Shown: positions 1-8,693, counted from the first letter of the stretch. The stretch: 64,000 nucleotides of DNA from Candidatus Moraniibacteriota bacterium (GCA_942490825.1 CALNYG010000013.1:55311-119310), one strand, 5' to 3'. Numbers and translations are program-made. The notes: a model not told the origin generated them from the sequence alone.

Positions 1-977
1 ATAAGTTACACTTCGACGAGAAGAATTAGAATAAACGAAGGTTTAAGTACAGTCAAAAAAGAAAACAAAATAAAAAATACTTCTCACAAAGAGAAAGAAA
101 AGAACATTATGGAGAATTAGTTCAATTCGATGGTTCATATCATGATTGGCTTGAAAATGAAGAAGAGCAATGCCTGTTACTTGCAGTAGACGATGCTACT
201 AGCGAGATAACTCCAGAACTTGATAAAAATGAAGGTATACAAGCAGTATTTAATTTTTGGAAAGAATACGTACAAGAAAAAGGAAGACCATTAGCTATTT
301 ATCTAGATAAATTCAGTACTTACAAAGTAAATCACAAAAATGCAACGGACAATCAAGAATTCAAGACACAATTTCAAAGAGCTATGAAAGAATTAGATAT
401 ACAAGTAATTTTTGCTAATACGCCTCAAGCCAAGGGAAGAGTAGAAAGAATGAACGAAACTTTACAAGACAGAATGATCAAAGAAATGCGACTAGCTAAA
501 ATAAATAGTATCGAACAAGCCGATGAATTTATTAAAGAAAAATTTACTCCAGAATTTAATAAAAAATTCAATGTTCCCGCAAAGAAAAAAGGAGACCTAC
601 ACAGAAAACTAACTAAGCAAGAAAAAGATAAATTAAATAATATTTTCTCAATTAAAAGCACTAGAAAAATAAGGAATGATTTTGTAGTTCAATATAAAAA
701 TAGATATTTTCAATTAAATGAAATACAACCAACTACAGTTTACAAAAAGGATGAAGTAATTATAGAAGAACATTTAGATGATTCAATTCATATTTCTAAA
801 AAAGATAAATATTTAAGTTTTAAAGAATTACCACATAAACCCAAAAAAGAAAATGAACTAAAATTACCAGCTATCAATAAAAGAAAATCAGATTACACTC
901 CACCAGCAGATCATCCTTGGAGAAGCTACCAATTTAAAAAAGAAAAATTAAAAGCTCAAAAATTAATTAAATTCTAA
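1..977 (+). mobile_element. IS transposase gene (DDE/rve-type, ISNCY-like); 5' end cut by the window edge and reading frame interrupted
   Basis: Frame 3 from ~30 reads RERKEHYGELVQFDGSYHDWLENEEEQCLLLAVDDATSEI...ANTPQAKGRVERMNETLQDR, giving the D, D, E spacing of an integrase-type DDE core. The upstream HTH-like part (ISYTSTRRIRINEGL) is in frame 1. Stops at 27-29 (frame 3) and 118-120 (frame 1) force a -1 frame change somewhere in ~60-110. Confidence 0.75.
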
Positions 978-1019
978 AGGTATGACATTTCTAAAGAAAA
1001 CAAAGGTATGACATTTCTA
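976..1019 (+). repeat. 18-bp direct repeat AAAGGTATGACATTTCTA x2 (976-993 and 1002-1019) overlapping the transposase stop codon (975-977)
   Basis: Two identical 18-mers 26 bp apart, read directly. Possibly part of the IS terminus. Confidence 0.6.
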
Positions 1020-1048
1020 TTGGTAGTTGACACTTTTTAAAAGCGGTA

Positions 1049-1077
1049 TTGACATAGATCAAATAAGATAGTATATT
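1049..1077 (+). promoter_or_regulatory. sigma70-type promoter candidate for the tRNA cluster
   Basis: TTGACA (1049-1054), 17-nt spacer, TATATT (1072-1077), about 30 nt upstream of the first tRNA. A second TTGACA lies at 1027-1032. Confidence 0.5.
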
Positions 1078-1106
1078 TATTTATGTATTCACTGTATGAA
1101 TTTTAC

Positions 1107-1180
1107 AGCGGGGTAGAGCAGTCTGGCAGCTCGTCTGGCTCATAACCAGGAGGTCATAGGTTCAAATCCTATCCCCGCAA
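1107..1180 (+). tRNA. tRNA-Met (anticodon CAT), initiator-like
   Basis: The cloverleaf folds by hand. Acceptor GCGGGG/CCCCGC with an unpaired A1/A72, as in bacterial initiators. Anticodon loop CTCATAA, T-loop GGTTCAAATCC. No encoded CCA. Confidence 0.85.
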
Positions 1181-1246
1181 CAAAGCGCTTAGTTGAAAGT
1201 TGATTATAAGGTTATTTTTTACTTTTCAACTTTGCAAATTGAGTAG

Positions 1247-1320
1247 ACCAGGGTAGCTCAGTTGGTTAGAGCGCGGGACTCATAAGCCCGAGGTCATGAG
1301 TTCAATTCTCATCCCTGGTA
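1247..1320 (+). tRNA. tRNA with CAT anticodon (elongator Met, or Ile2 if lysidine-modified)
   Basis: Acceptor ACCAGGG/CCCTGGT fully paired. D-arm GCTCAGTTGGTTAGAGC, anticodon loop CTCATAA, T-arm ATGAGTTCAATTCTCAT. Confidence 0.8.
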
Positions 1321-1361
1321 CAAATGAGAGTGTTATGTTAAAATTTCCATAGTATTTATTT

Positions 1362-1435
1362 GGGGGCGTAGCTCAGCTGGTTAGAGCGCCTGCCTGTCAC
1401 GCAGGAGGTCGAGGGTTCGAGTCCCTTCGTCCCCG
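1362..1435 (+). tRNA. tRNA-Asp (anticodon GTC)
   Basis: Acceptor GGGGGCG/CGTCCCC, anticodon loop CTGTCAC, T-loop GGTTCGAGTCC, discriminator G. Confidence 0.9.
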
Positions 1436-1440
1436 CAAAT

Positions 1441-1471
1441 AAAAAACAACGATTTTTATCGTTGTTTTTTT
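1441..1471 (+). terminator. intrinsic terminator after the tRNA cluster
   Basis: AAAAACAACGAT-TTTT-ATCGTTGTTTTT: a 12-bp stem running into a T-run. Confidence 0.75.
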
Positions 1472-1525
1472 GTTATTTAAAATAATTATGTTTATTAAAT
1501 TTTTTTTATAGTGTATAATCAAAGT

Positions 1526-2962
1526 ATGAAGCAAAAAATATTTTTTTCAATTTTACTTTTTATGGGCATTTTGATATGTCCGAGTTTAGCCTTAGCTAAA
1601 TATGATTGTTATGTGGATGCTAATGCGGATAGTGATGGGGATGGAAGTAAGGATAAGCCTTTTAATAAAATAAAAGATGCTTTAAATGAAGGAGAAAAAG
1701 ATATATTTATTAAAGAAGGAAAATATAGTGAGAGCATAACCTTGGGAAAGGGTGTGAAAATAAAAGGTGATGGGAATGATACTGTTATTAATGGCGTTGT
1801 TATGAAAGACAATTCCTATATTGAAAGTATTAAAATTGACGGCGGAGGCGTTTTTGTTGGCAGTGGTGATAGTGCTAAATTAAATGATGTTACAATTGTT
1901 AATTCTAATATAGGATTGGAAACTAAAGGAAATGGAACTGTTAAGATTTCAAATTCTTATATATCTGGAAATAGAAAAGGGATATATATACAAAAAGATA
2001 AAGATATAGAAATTATCTCTTCTGAGGTATCTAAAAATAATGAAGAAGGTATAGATATTCGTCAAAATGTTGATGGTATAATTTCAGGTAATAAAATTAA
2101 AAATAATAAAGAAGGTGGGATTGAAGTAATTGCTGGTGGATCAGAATTAAAAATTGCCAATAATTATATTCAAGGAAATAAATCTAGTGGTATAGCTATT
2201 CAATATTATAAAGAAGCAAATAAAAATGGTGCTCTGAGAATTTATGATAATAATATATCATCAAATGGACAATATGCGGTAACTTGTAAAAATCCAAGCG
2301 GTGGGACTCCTGGAGCGAGTTATTGGATGGAATCTGTTAATATGGGAGCAAATAGTCTATCTGGAAATAAAGACGGTGAATTTGCGCCTTTCTGTAAATT
2401 TTCTGATGATACTGTAAATGTTGCAACCAAAACTAAAGAAGAGTTAGAGCAAGAACGATTAAAACAAGAGCAATTAGAACAAGAAAAAAAAGAAGCACAA
2501 TTAAAAGAAGAAGAGGAGGTGTTGAAACAGAAAGAGAAAGAGCAAAAAATGAGGGAGCAGCTTGAGGAGGAAAAGCGATTAGAACAAGAAAGAATCATTA
2601 AAGAAAGAGATATAAAAAAGAACGAGTTTGAAATAATATATTCAGAATTTTTAGCTAAAAATGAAGATGATATTAATTTAAAAAAAGAAATAGAAAATAG
2701 ATCTAAATTATTAACTTATATGGTGGGCCCAGATTATAAAAAATTGAATATTTTAGCAGGTAATGTCTTGACATATGATGATAAATTTGTTAAACTGAAA
2801 AGCTTAAAGAATCAAATTGAAGATGAAGACATTAATAATCAAATAGAAGAAAAAATGAATGATATAAATGATAAAGAAAAAAATATTAAAGAATTTATTA
2901 TAAACGAATTAAATAAATTTAGTTTATTTGGTTGGTTTTTCAATCTTCTCAAACGACCTTAA
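1526..2962 (+). CDS. secreted parallel beta-helix repeat protein with a C-terminal E/K-rich coiled-coil
   Basis: ATG at 1526 gives the signal peptide MKQKIFFSILLFMGILICPSLALA; the track start at 1511 is GTG. Repeated NxIxxNxxxGI units (ISGNRKGIYI, VSKNNEEGIDI, IKNNKEGGIEV, IQGNKSSGIAI). Residues ~300-370 are an EQ/EK heptad-like tract. Confidence 0.65.
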   Translation: MKQKIFFSILLFMGILICPSLALAKYDCYVDANADSDGDGSKDKPFNKIKDALNEGEKDIFIKEGKYSESITLGKGVKIKGDGNDTVINGVVMKDNSYIESIKIDGGGVFVGSGDSAKLNDVTIVNSNIGLETKGNGTVKISNSYISGNRKGIYIQKDKDIEIISSEVSKNNEEGIDIRQNVDGIISGNKIKNNKEGGIEVIAGGSELKIANNYIQGNKSSGIAIQYYKEANKNGALRIYDNNISSNGQYAVTCKNPSGGTPGASYWMESVNMGANSLSGNKDGEFAPFCKFSDDTVNVATKTKEELEQERLKQEQLEQEKKEAQLKEEEEVLKQKEKEQKMREQLEEEKRLEQERIIKERDIKKNEFEIIYSEFLAKNEDDINLKKEIENRSKLLTYMVGPDYKKLNILAGNVLTYDDKFVKLKSLKNQIEDEDINNQIEEKMNDINDKEKNIKEFIINELNKFSLFGWFFNLLKRP

Positions 2963-3061
2963 AAATACTTTTTTACTAAATTTATTTAGTTGACATTACT
3001 AAAAAAAATAATTTAGTAAAATTTTTCATTAACTAATTTTTTATAAAATATTACCCTACAT

Positions 3062-4063
3062 ATGATGACAATTTTAATTTTTACCCTGTTGATTTTTTTA
3101 TCAGCTTTTTTTTCAAGTAGTGAGACAGCTTTCTTTTCATTATCTCCAGCTAAGATTCATTCGATGCGGAAAGAAAGTATGCGGTGTGCTAGTTTGGTTG
3201 ATAAATTAAAAAGTGATCCTCATAGATTGCTTATTACTATATTAATTGGAAATAATATAGTAAATCTTTTCACAGCTTCCTATGCAACTGTTGTAGCAAC
3301 TAACTTTTTTGATTCATCTGCTTTGGGAATTTCTACTGGACTTACAACTTTAATCATTTTGATTTTTGGTGAGATAATTCCAAAGTCATTTGCTTATGCT
3401 AAAAATATTTTATTTGTGCAAATAAGTGCATGGCCAATTTATTTTTGTAGTATAGTATTTTTTCCAATAGCTTGGTTTTTAAATAAAATAAGTAAAATTT
3501 TTCAAAAGATTGCGGGTATTAAAGATGAAGGAGAAAGAGTCACGGTGGATGAAGTTATGTTTATGAGTAAGATAGGTACGGAGCAGGGTGAAATAGATAA
3601 GTATGAACATGAGATGATTGAAAATGTATTTGGTTTTGATAAAATTTCAGCTGGAGATATAATGACAAAATGGGATGATGTAGTAGTTCTCTCAGGCGTT
3701 GTTCCTGTTGAACAAATTGCCCACTTTGTTTCTCAAGAGAGTCATTCACGATATCCAGTGTATGATGGTAAAAATGAGAAAAATATTATAGGGTATGTTC
3801 ATTTGAAGCATGTTATGAAGGCTTTAAATTCTGATGAAAGAGATAGGTCACTTGCTGATTTTGCAATTCCTATAAAGAAAGTGTCAATTGATATGACTAT
3901 TGAGCGTATTTTCAAAATAATGTTAAAAAATAAGTCACATGCATTCTTAATTTATGAAGGCAGTCAGGAAAATCTAGTTGGATTATTGACACTAGAAAAT
4001 GTTATTGAAGAAATTTTAGGTGAAATTAAAGATGAGACAGATCATTGGAAAGTTAAAAAATAG
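3062..4063 (+). CDS. CNNM/DUF21 + CBS-pair membrane protein (TlyC/CorC-like transporter family)
   Basis: N-terminal TM helices containing the GEIIPKS motif, followed by two CBS-like repeats. No CorC_HlyC C-terminal domain is apparent. Confidence 0.75.
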   Translation: MMTILIFTLLIFLSAFFSSSETAFFSLSPAKIHSMRKESMRCASLVDKLKSDPHRLLITILIGNNIVNLFTASYATVVATNFFDSSALGISTGLTTLIILIFGEIIPKSFAYAKNILFVQISAWPIYFCSIVFFPIAWFLNKISKIFQKIAGIKDEGERVTVDEVMFMSKIGTEQGEIDKYEHEMIENVFGFDKISAGDIMTKWDDVVVLSGVVPVEQIAHFVSQESHSRYPVYDGKNEKNIIGYVHLKHVMKALNSDERDRSLADFAIPIKKVSIDMTIERIFKIMLKNKSHAFLIYEGSQENLVGLLTLENVIEEILGEIKDETDHWKVKK

Positions 4064-4217
4064 AGCAATAATTTTATTTTATTATGGAGGAAAAGAATAA
4101 TTTTTAGGGTTTAAATTTGAAATAAATTAAGATTTTTTTGCTTAAAAATATTTTTTGTTATATAATTGAAGTATAAAATTAAAATAAAAAATAATAATTA
4201 AAAACAAAAATAAAAAT

Positions 4218-4661
4218 ATGAAAATGGATGATGAATTAGTTAAAAAAATAATTGTTGTTACTCTAGCGACATTTTCTTTTCTGGCAGTTACTTTTATATT
4301 CTATAGCCAAGACAAGCGTTTGGAAGAGGTTAGTTTGCAGGAGGTTATAACTAAAGATAAAGATTCTGATGGAAGAAAAGTTAAAAAATCCATTGAAGAT
4401 TTTTCTGGAAGGAAATATGTTTGTGATAACGGACAATTTATTTTTATAGATATCTATACTGGTAACGGAGGATATAAAGCTGATGTTGCCGTGGCTAATG
4501 CTGACGGTCATTATGGTATGGCATATTTAACTGAAGTTATTGGTGTTGGTAAAGATAAAAAATTTGAAGATAGTTATAATAATCAGTTGTTGTTGTCAGA
4601 TGATAATGCAAAAGTTTATGTAAATGATGTTTTAATTGCTGAAGGCTGTATTAAGAGATAA
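4218..4661 (+). CDS. hypothetical membrane-anchored protein
   Basis: ORF with one N-terminal TM segment (IIVVTLATFSFLAVTFIFY). No family recognised. Confidence 0.4.
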   Translation: MKMDDELVKKIIVVTLATFSFLAVTFIFYSQDKRLEEVSLQEVITKDKDSDGRKVKKSIEDFSGRKYVCDNGQFIFIDIYTGNGGYKADVAVANADGHYGMAYLTEVIGVGKDKKFEDSYNNQLLLSDDNAKVYVNDVLIAEGCIKR

Positions 4662-4796
4662 TTTTTAGTTAGTATTAAATATATTTTTATAATCAACGGT
4701 AGAATATAAGTTCATCTTATTGAGTTTTTAAAAATAAGTTTAGAGTTTATTTGTATAATCCTAATCTGTCTAACTAAATTTAGTTTTTTGTGAGAT

Positions 4797-4824
4797 TTGA
4801 CAAAAAAATAATTATTGATATAGT
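4797..4824 (+). promoter_or_regulatory. sigma70-type promoter candidate upstream of greA
   Basis: TTGACA (4797-4802), 16-nt spacer, TATAGT (4819-4824). Confidence 0.55.
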
Positions 4825-4880
4825 GAGTATCTAACATACTAGATAGTGTGTTTTTAATTTATTAAAAATAAAGTAAATTT

Positions 4881-5336
4881 ATGTCACGTTTGATTACTGA
4901 ATCAGGTTTGGAAAAGTTAAAGCAAGAATTGAAAGATAGAAATACTGTTACTCGACAAAATATTGCAAATGCTATAAAAGAAGCTAAAGAGCAGGGTGAT
5001 TTATCAGAAAATGCAGAATATAGTGCAGCTAAACAACAACAGGCTGAGAATGAGGCTAGAATTGCTGAATTAGAGATGATGATAAAAATTGCTAAAGTTG
5101 CTAAGCGTGATAAAAAAGATTCATCAGCTCAAATTGGTTCAAAGGTTACTGTTAAAACAGGAGGCAAGGAAATGGTTTTTGAAATAGTAGGTATCAATGA
5201 ATCGGATCCATCCACTAATAGGATTTCGAATGAATCGCCCATTGGGAGTGCTTTAATCAGTAGGAAAGAAGGTGATGAAGTCGAAATTATTGTTCCAAAT
5301 GGCTCAATGAAGTATGAGATTATAGCGGTTAATTAA
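4881..5336 (+). CDS. greA: transcription elongation factor GreA
   Basis: 151 aa. N-terminal coiled-coil with GDLSENAEYSAAKQQQ, C-terminal FKBP-like domain ISNESPIGSALISRKEGDEV. Confidence 0.9.
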   Translation: MSRLITESGLEKLKQELKDRNTVTRQNIANAIKEAKEQGDLSENAEYSAAKQQQAENEARIAELEMMIKIAKVAKRDKKDSSAQIGSKVTVKTGGKEMVFEIVGINESDPSTNRISNESPIGSALISRKEGDEVEIIVPNGSMKYEIIAVN

Positions 5337-5366
5337 TGTGAAGTAAGCCTTATTCGAAGTTAGGGC

Positions 5367-5395
5367 TTGACAAGATTTTATTAGATGTTATTATA
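5367..5395 (+). promoter_or_regulatory. sigma70-type promoter candidate for the infA-rplQ block
   Basis: TTGACA (5367-5372), 17-nt spacer, ATTATA (5390-5395). Confidence 0.5.
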
Positions 5396-5527
5396 TACTT
5401 AAGTTCAAAAATTGATAATTGTATATAAATTGAGTGCAGGTTTTCAATCTTTTTTTACAGGATATAGGATTGACTTATTAATGAAAATCACCTCTGTTTT
5501 TTTGTTGTTTTGAACTTAAAACTATTT

Positions 5528-5743
5528 ATGAGTAAAAAAGAAACTATAAAATTAGAAGGCGTTGTAGAAGAGACTTTACCAAGTACTACGTTTAGGGTAA
5601 AGTTAGATAACGGTCATGAAGTTCACGCTCATATTTCTGGTCGCATGAGAGTTAATTATATACGACTTTTGCCAGGAGATAGGGTTTTAGTAGAAATGAG
5701 CCCTTACGACTTAACTAAAGGACGTATCACTCAGAGATTGTAG
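5528..5743 (+). CDS. infA: translation initiation factor IF-1
   Basis: [41 protein letters not shown]... is a typical S1-fold IF-1. ATG 5528 is preferred over the track's TTG at 5510. Confidence 0.9.
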   Translation: MSKKETIKLEGVVEETLPSTTFRVKLDNGHEVHAHISGRMRVNYIRLLPGDRVLVEMSPYDLTKGRITQRL

Positions 5744-5793
5744 TTTTTTGCTATTATAGAAAGATTCAGTATTAATTTATAATATTTTTAGAA

Positions 5794-5907
5794 ATGAAAG
5801 TTAGAGCATCAGTTAAGAAAATATGTAAAGATTGTAAAGTGATTCGTCGTAGAGGAAGGGTTTATGTTATTTGTGTAAATCCTAAACATAAACAAAGACA
5901 AGGTTAA
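5794..5907 (+). CDS. rpmJ: 50S ribosomal protein L36 (not in the ORF track)
   Basis: Hand translation gives [37 protein letters not shown], at the canonical position between infA and rpsM. Confidence 0.9.
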   Translation: MKVRASVKKICKDCKVIRRRGRVYVICVNPKHKQRQG

Positions 5908-5934
5908 TTTTATTTTTTATTTTTTTATAGTGTT

Positions 5935-6324
5935 ATGATTCGTATAGCTGGTACAAATATTCCAGATGAAAAATGTATAGAGATTTCTCTTACTTATATT
6001 TTTGGAGTTGGTCTTTCGACTAGTCAGAAAGTTCTTAGTGGATTAGGGATTGACCCTACGATTAGGACTAAAGATATTTCAAAAGTTGATGCTGACAAAA
6101 TACGTGATATGATTGAGAAGAATTATCGAATAGAAGGAGAATTAAGGCATGAAAGAAAAATGAATGTTCGTCGATTAAAAGAAATTGGATGTTATAGAGG
6201 TTTACGTCATCAAGTTGGGTTGCCATCTAGAGGACAAAGAACTAAAACTAACAATAGAACGGTTAGAGGTAATAAGCGAGTAACTGCAGGTAGTGGTAAA
6301 GCAGGATCTGCTTCTAAGACTTAA
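5935..6324 (+). CDS. rpsM: 30S ribosomal protein S13
   Basis: MIRIAGTNIPDEKCIEISLTYIFGVG...YRGLRHQVGLPSRGQRTKTN, and gene order. Confidence 0.92.
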   Translation: MIRIAGTNIPDEKCIEISLTYIFGVGLSTSQKVLSGLGIDPTIRTKDISKVDADKIRDMIEKNYRIEGELRHERKMNVRRLKEIGCYRGLRHQVGLPSRGQRTKTNNRTVRGNKRVTAGSGKAGSASKT

Positions 6325-6355
6325 AATTATTTTTTATTTGAAATTTCATTAATTT

Positions 6356-6807
6356 ATGAGTGAAGATATTACAAAAAAAGAAGGGATTATTGAGAATAAA
6401 GAAGATAAGACTTCTTCAGATATTCCTACTAAACCAGTAAAAAAAGGAAGAGTAAGCGACAAATTCACAAAGGTCAGGCACATATTCAATCAACTTACAA
6501 TAATACTATAGTTACGATTACAGATTTGAATGGTGCGGTATTAGGTTGGTCTAGTGCAGGATTGTTAGGATTTAAAGGAGCAAAAAAATCTACTCCATAT
6601 GCAGCTTCCCAGGTTGTAGCTGATGTAGTTGAAAAGATTCAAAGATATAGCGTCAAAGAGTTACAGATCTTTGTCAAAGGTGTAGGAGGCGGTCGTGATT
6701 CAGCAATGCGCGCTTTAGCAGCTAGAGGATTTAATATATCTCTAATTAAAGATATAACTCCAGTAGCTCATAACGGATGTACAAGACGTAAACCAAGACG
6801 TGTTTAA
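6356..6807 (+). CDS. rpsK: 30S ribosomal protein S11, interrupted by a -1 frame change in an A7 run
   Basis: ATG 6356 (frame 2) reads MSEDITKKEGIIENKEDKTSSDIPTKPVKK. The conserved S11 body KKRKSKRQIHKGQAHIQSTYNNTIVTITDLNGAVLGWSSAG... is in frame 1, beginning just after a stop at 6430-6432. The frames join at A-run 6439-6445. Confidence 0.85.
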
Positions 6808-6834
6808 TTAATTATTTTTTTAGTTTATAGTATT

Positions 6835-7454
6835 ATGGCTCGATACAGAGGACCAAAAGCAAAAATATGCCGTCGTTTCGGTGAAAATCTATATGGTACT
6901 GAGAAGTGCGCAAGAATATTGGAGCGTAAAAATTATCCTCCAGGACAACATGGAAAAAGTTTTTCTAAGAATGTTAGTGAATATGGAAAGCAACTTTTAA
7001 TGAAACAAAAGGCTAAGTTTATTTATGGTGTAATGGAAAACAATTTCGTAAGCATTATAACGATATTAAAAATAGGCAAGGTGTAGTGGGAGATTTATTA
7101 TTGGCTAGACTAGAGCAGAGATTAGATAATGTTGTTTATCGTTTGGGATTTGCTAATACACGTCCACAAGCAAGGCAAATTGTTGGTCATAACATGATTA
7201 GGGTGAATGGTAAAAAGATGGATGTTCCCTCATATGAAGTAAAAGTTGGAGATGAAATTACTGTAAATCCAGGTAAATCTAAAAATGGTTATTTTAAGAA
7301 TCAAGAACAATATATTACTAATAAAAAGAATGTTCCAGTTTGGTTGTCTTTAGACAATAAGGAAATGATAGGTAAGATAGTTGCTTTACCCAAAAAGGAA
7401 GATTCTGATGTGAATATAGATGCTCAAATAATTGTAGAGTTTTATTCTAAATAA
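6835..7454 (+). CDS. rpsD: 30S ribosomal protein S4, interrupted by a -1 frame change in an A4 run
   Basis: Track ORFs 6835-7086 and 7086-7454 are the two halves. Frame 1 gives [19 protein letters not shown]...[10 protein letters not shown]. Frame 0, from 7038, gives [39 protein letters not shown]. One extra A in 7037-7040 would restore a single ORF. Confidence 0.88.
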
Positions 7455-7482
7455 TTTTCTTTATAAATAAACTATAAATAAT

Positions 7483-8187
7483 ATGTCTATAATATCAATT
7501 CCACAAGAAGTTAAATACATAGAGGGAAAAAATAATTCTGGAACAATAGAAATTTTAGGTTGTTATCCTAACTATGGTTCAACAGTTGGAAATTCTATTC
7601 GCAGAGTTTTACTATCTTCTATTGAAGGTGCGGCCGTTACTGCTGTAAAAATTAATGGAGCTTCTCATGAATTTTCTGCTGTTGATGGTGTTATGGAGGA
7701 TGTTATTCAAATCATTCTAAATTTAAAACAAGTTCGTTTTAAGGTTTATTCAGATGAGCTAGTAAAACTTTCTTTAAAAGTTAAAGGTGAGGGGGATGTG
7801 ACTGCTGCTGATATTAAAACTTCTTCTGACGTGGAAGTTGTTAATGTCAAACAACATATTGCAACAATTACTGACAAGAAAGTGGAGTTAGAAATGGAAA
7901 TTAATGTAGGAAAAGGAATTGGATATGTTCCTGTTGAGCAACAAGAAGGTAGAGAAAAAGATTTAGGTTTGATAGCAATCGATGCAGTTTATACTCCAGT
8001 TAAGAGAGTTAACTATAAAGTTGAAAATATGCGTGTAGGTAAGCGAACTGATTATGAAAAAGTTATTTTAGAAGTTGTTACAGATGGAAGTTTGACACCA
8101 AAAGAAGCTTTTGATAGAGCTGTTAGTATTTTAGTGGGGCAGTTTCAATCTCTTGTTTCTTCTGATGAAAAAGTGATCACTGAATAA
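7483..8187 (+). CDS. rpoA: DNA-directed RNA polymerase alpha subunit, N-terminal domain only (234 aa)
   Basis: The alpha-NTD is recognisable (GNSIRRVLLSSIEGAAVTAVKINGASHEFS). The ORF stops where the linker would begin, and rplQ starts 26 nt later. Confidence 0.85.
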   Translation: MSIISIPQEVKYIEGKNNSGTIEILGCYPNYGSTVGNSIRRVLLSSIEGAAVTAVKINGASHEFSAVDGVMEDVIQIILNLKQVRFKVYSDELVKLSLKVKGEGDVTAADIKTSSDVEVVNVKQHIATITDKKVELEMEINVGKGIGYVPVEQQEGREKDLGLIAIDAVYTPVKRVNYKVENMRVGKRTDYEKVILEVVTDGSLTPKEAFDRAVSILVGQFQSLVSSDEKVITE

Positions 8188-8213
8188 GTTAATTTAAGTA
8201 TTTTTATAGAAAA

Positions 8214-8609
8214 ATGAAACATTGTAAATCAGGTAGACAATTTGGAAGAGTAGCATCTCAAAGAAAAGCTCTTTTAAGCTCAATGTTAACGAGTTTGATT
8301 GTTCACGAAAAAATTGAAACAACCGAAGCAAAAGCTAAAGAATTAAAAAGTGTGTTTGATAGAATTATCACTAGAGCTAAAAGGGCGGATGGAAAAATGG
8401 AACTGGTAAGGAAGTTAGAGGATAAATTGCCTGTTGTAGCTATTGATAAAGTTAAAGATGAATTGTTGGATAGAATGAGTGGTAGAAAAAGTGGTTATAC
8501 TCGTGTTATAAAAATGTCTCCTAGAAAAAGCGATGGCGCTCGTAGAGCTATTATAGAATTTGTTGATAAAAAAGAAAAAGAGACAAATTCTAAAAATGAT
8601 AGTGAATAG
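8214..8609 (+). CDS. rplQ: 50S ribosomal protein L17
   Basis: MKHCKSGRQFGRVASQRKALLSSMLTSLIVHEKIETTEAKAKEL, and gene order. Confidence 0.9.
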   Translation: MKHCKSGRQFGRVASQRKALLSSMLTSLIVHEKIETTEAKAKELKSVFDRIITRAKRADGKMELVRKLEDKLPVVAIDKVKDELLDRMSGRKSGYTRVIKMSPRKSDGARRAIIEFVDKKEKETNSKNDSE

Positions 8610-8693
8610 TGATAAGATGTCAGAAATGAAAAATCTTTCACTTGTGAAGATAGATTTGTAAAATGTTAAATTTATTGATAAGGATTAATAGTT

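Noticed and set aside
425-661. Antisense or overlapping ORFs in the six-frame track. Examples: 425-661(-), 1609-1812(-), 2320-2598(-), 3561-3749(-), 4263-4511(-), 10171-10356(+), 10179-10571(-), 11724-12089(-), 12256-12692(-), 13630-13956(-), 17029-17226(+), 19091-19444(-), 19876-20182, 21106-21468(-), 23874-25766(-), 26637-27480(-), 32499-32684, 39106-39659(-), 43285-43672(-), 46760-47005(-), 47821-48315(-), 51057-51796(-), 52593-52790(-), 56361-56543, 57837-58031, 60253-60504(-), 62326-62544.
   Set aside because: Each lies inside, or opposite, a longer ORF with a clear conserved-family translation. Their products are low-complexity sequences (S/F/L/I/N-rich), typical of shadow frames in AT-rich DNA.
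6439-6445. Programmed -1 ribosomal frameshifting at A-AAA-AAA in rpsK
   Set aside because: Not adopted as the primary interpretation. The same -1 (one base missing) signature occurs in rpsD at a non-slippery GAAAAC, in the WecA-like gene at a T4 run, and in the transposase. A systematic homopolymer error explains all four more simply. It is still listed as a finding because only read-level data can decide.
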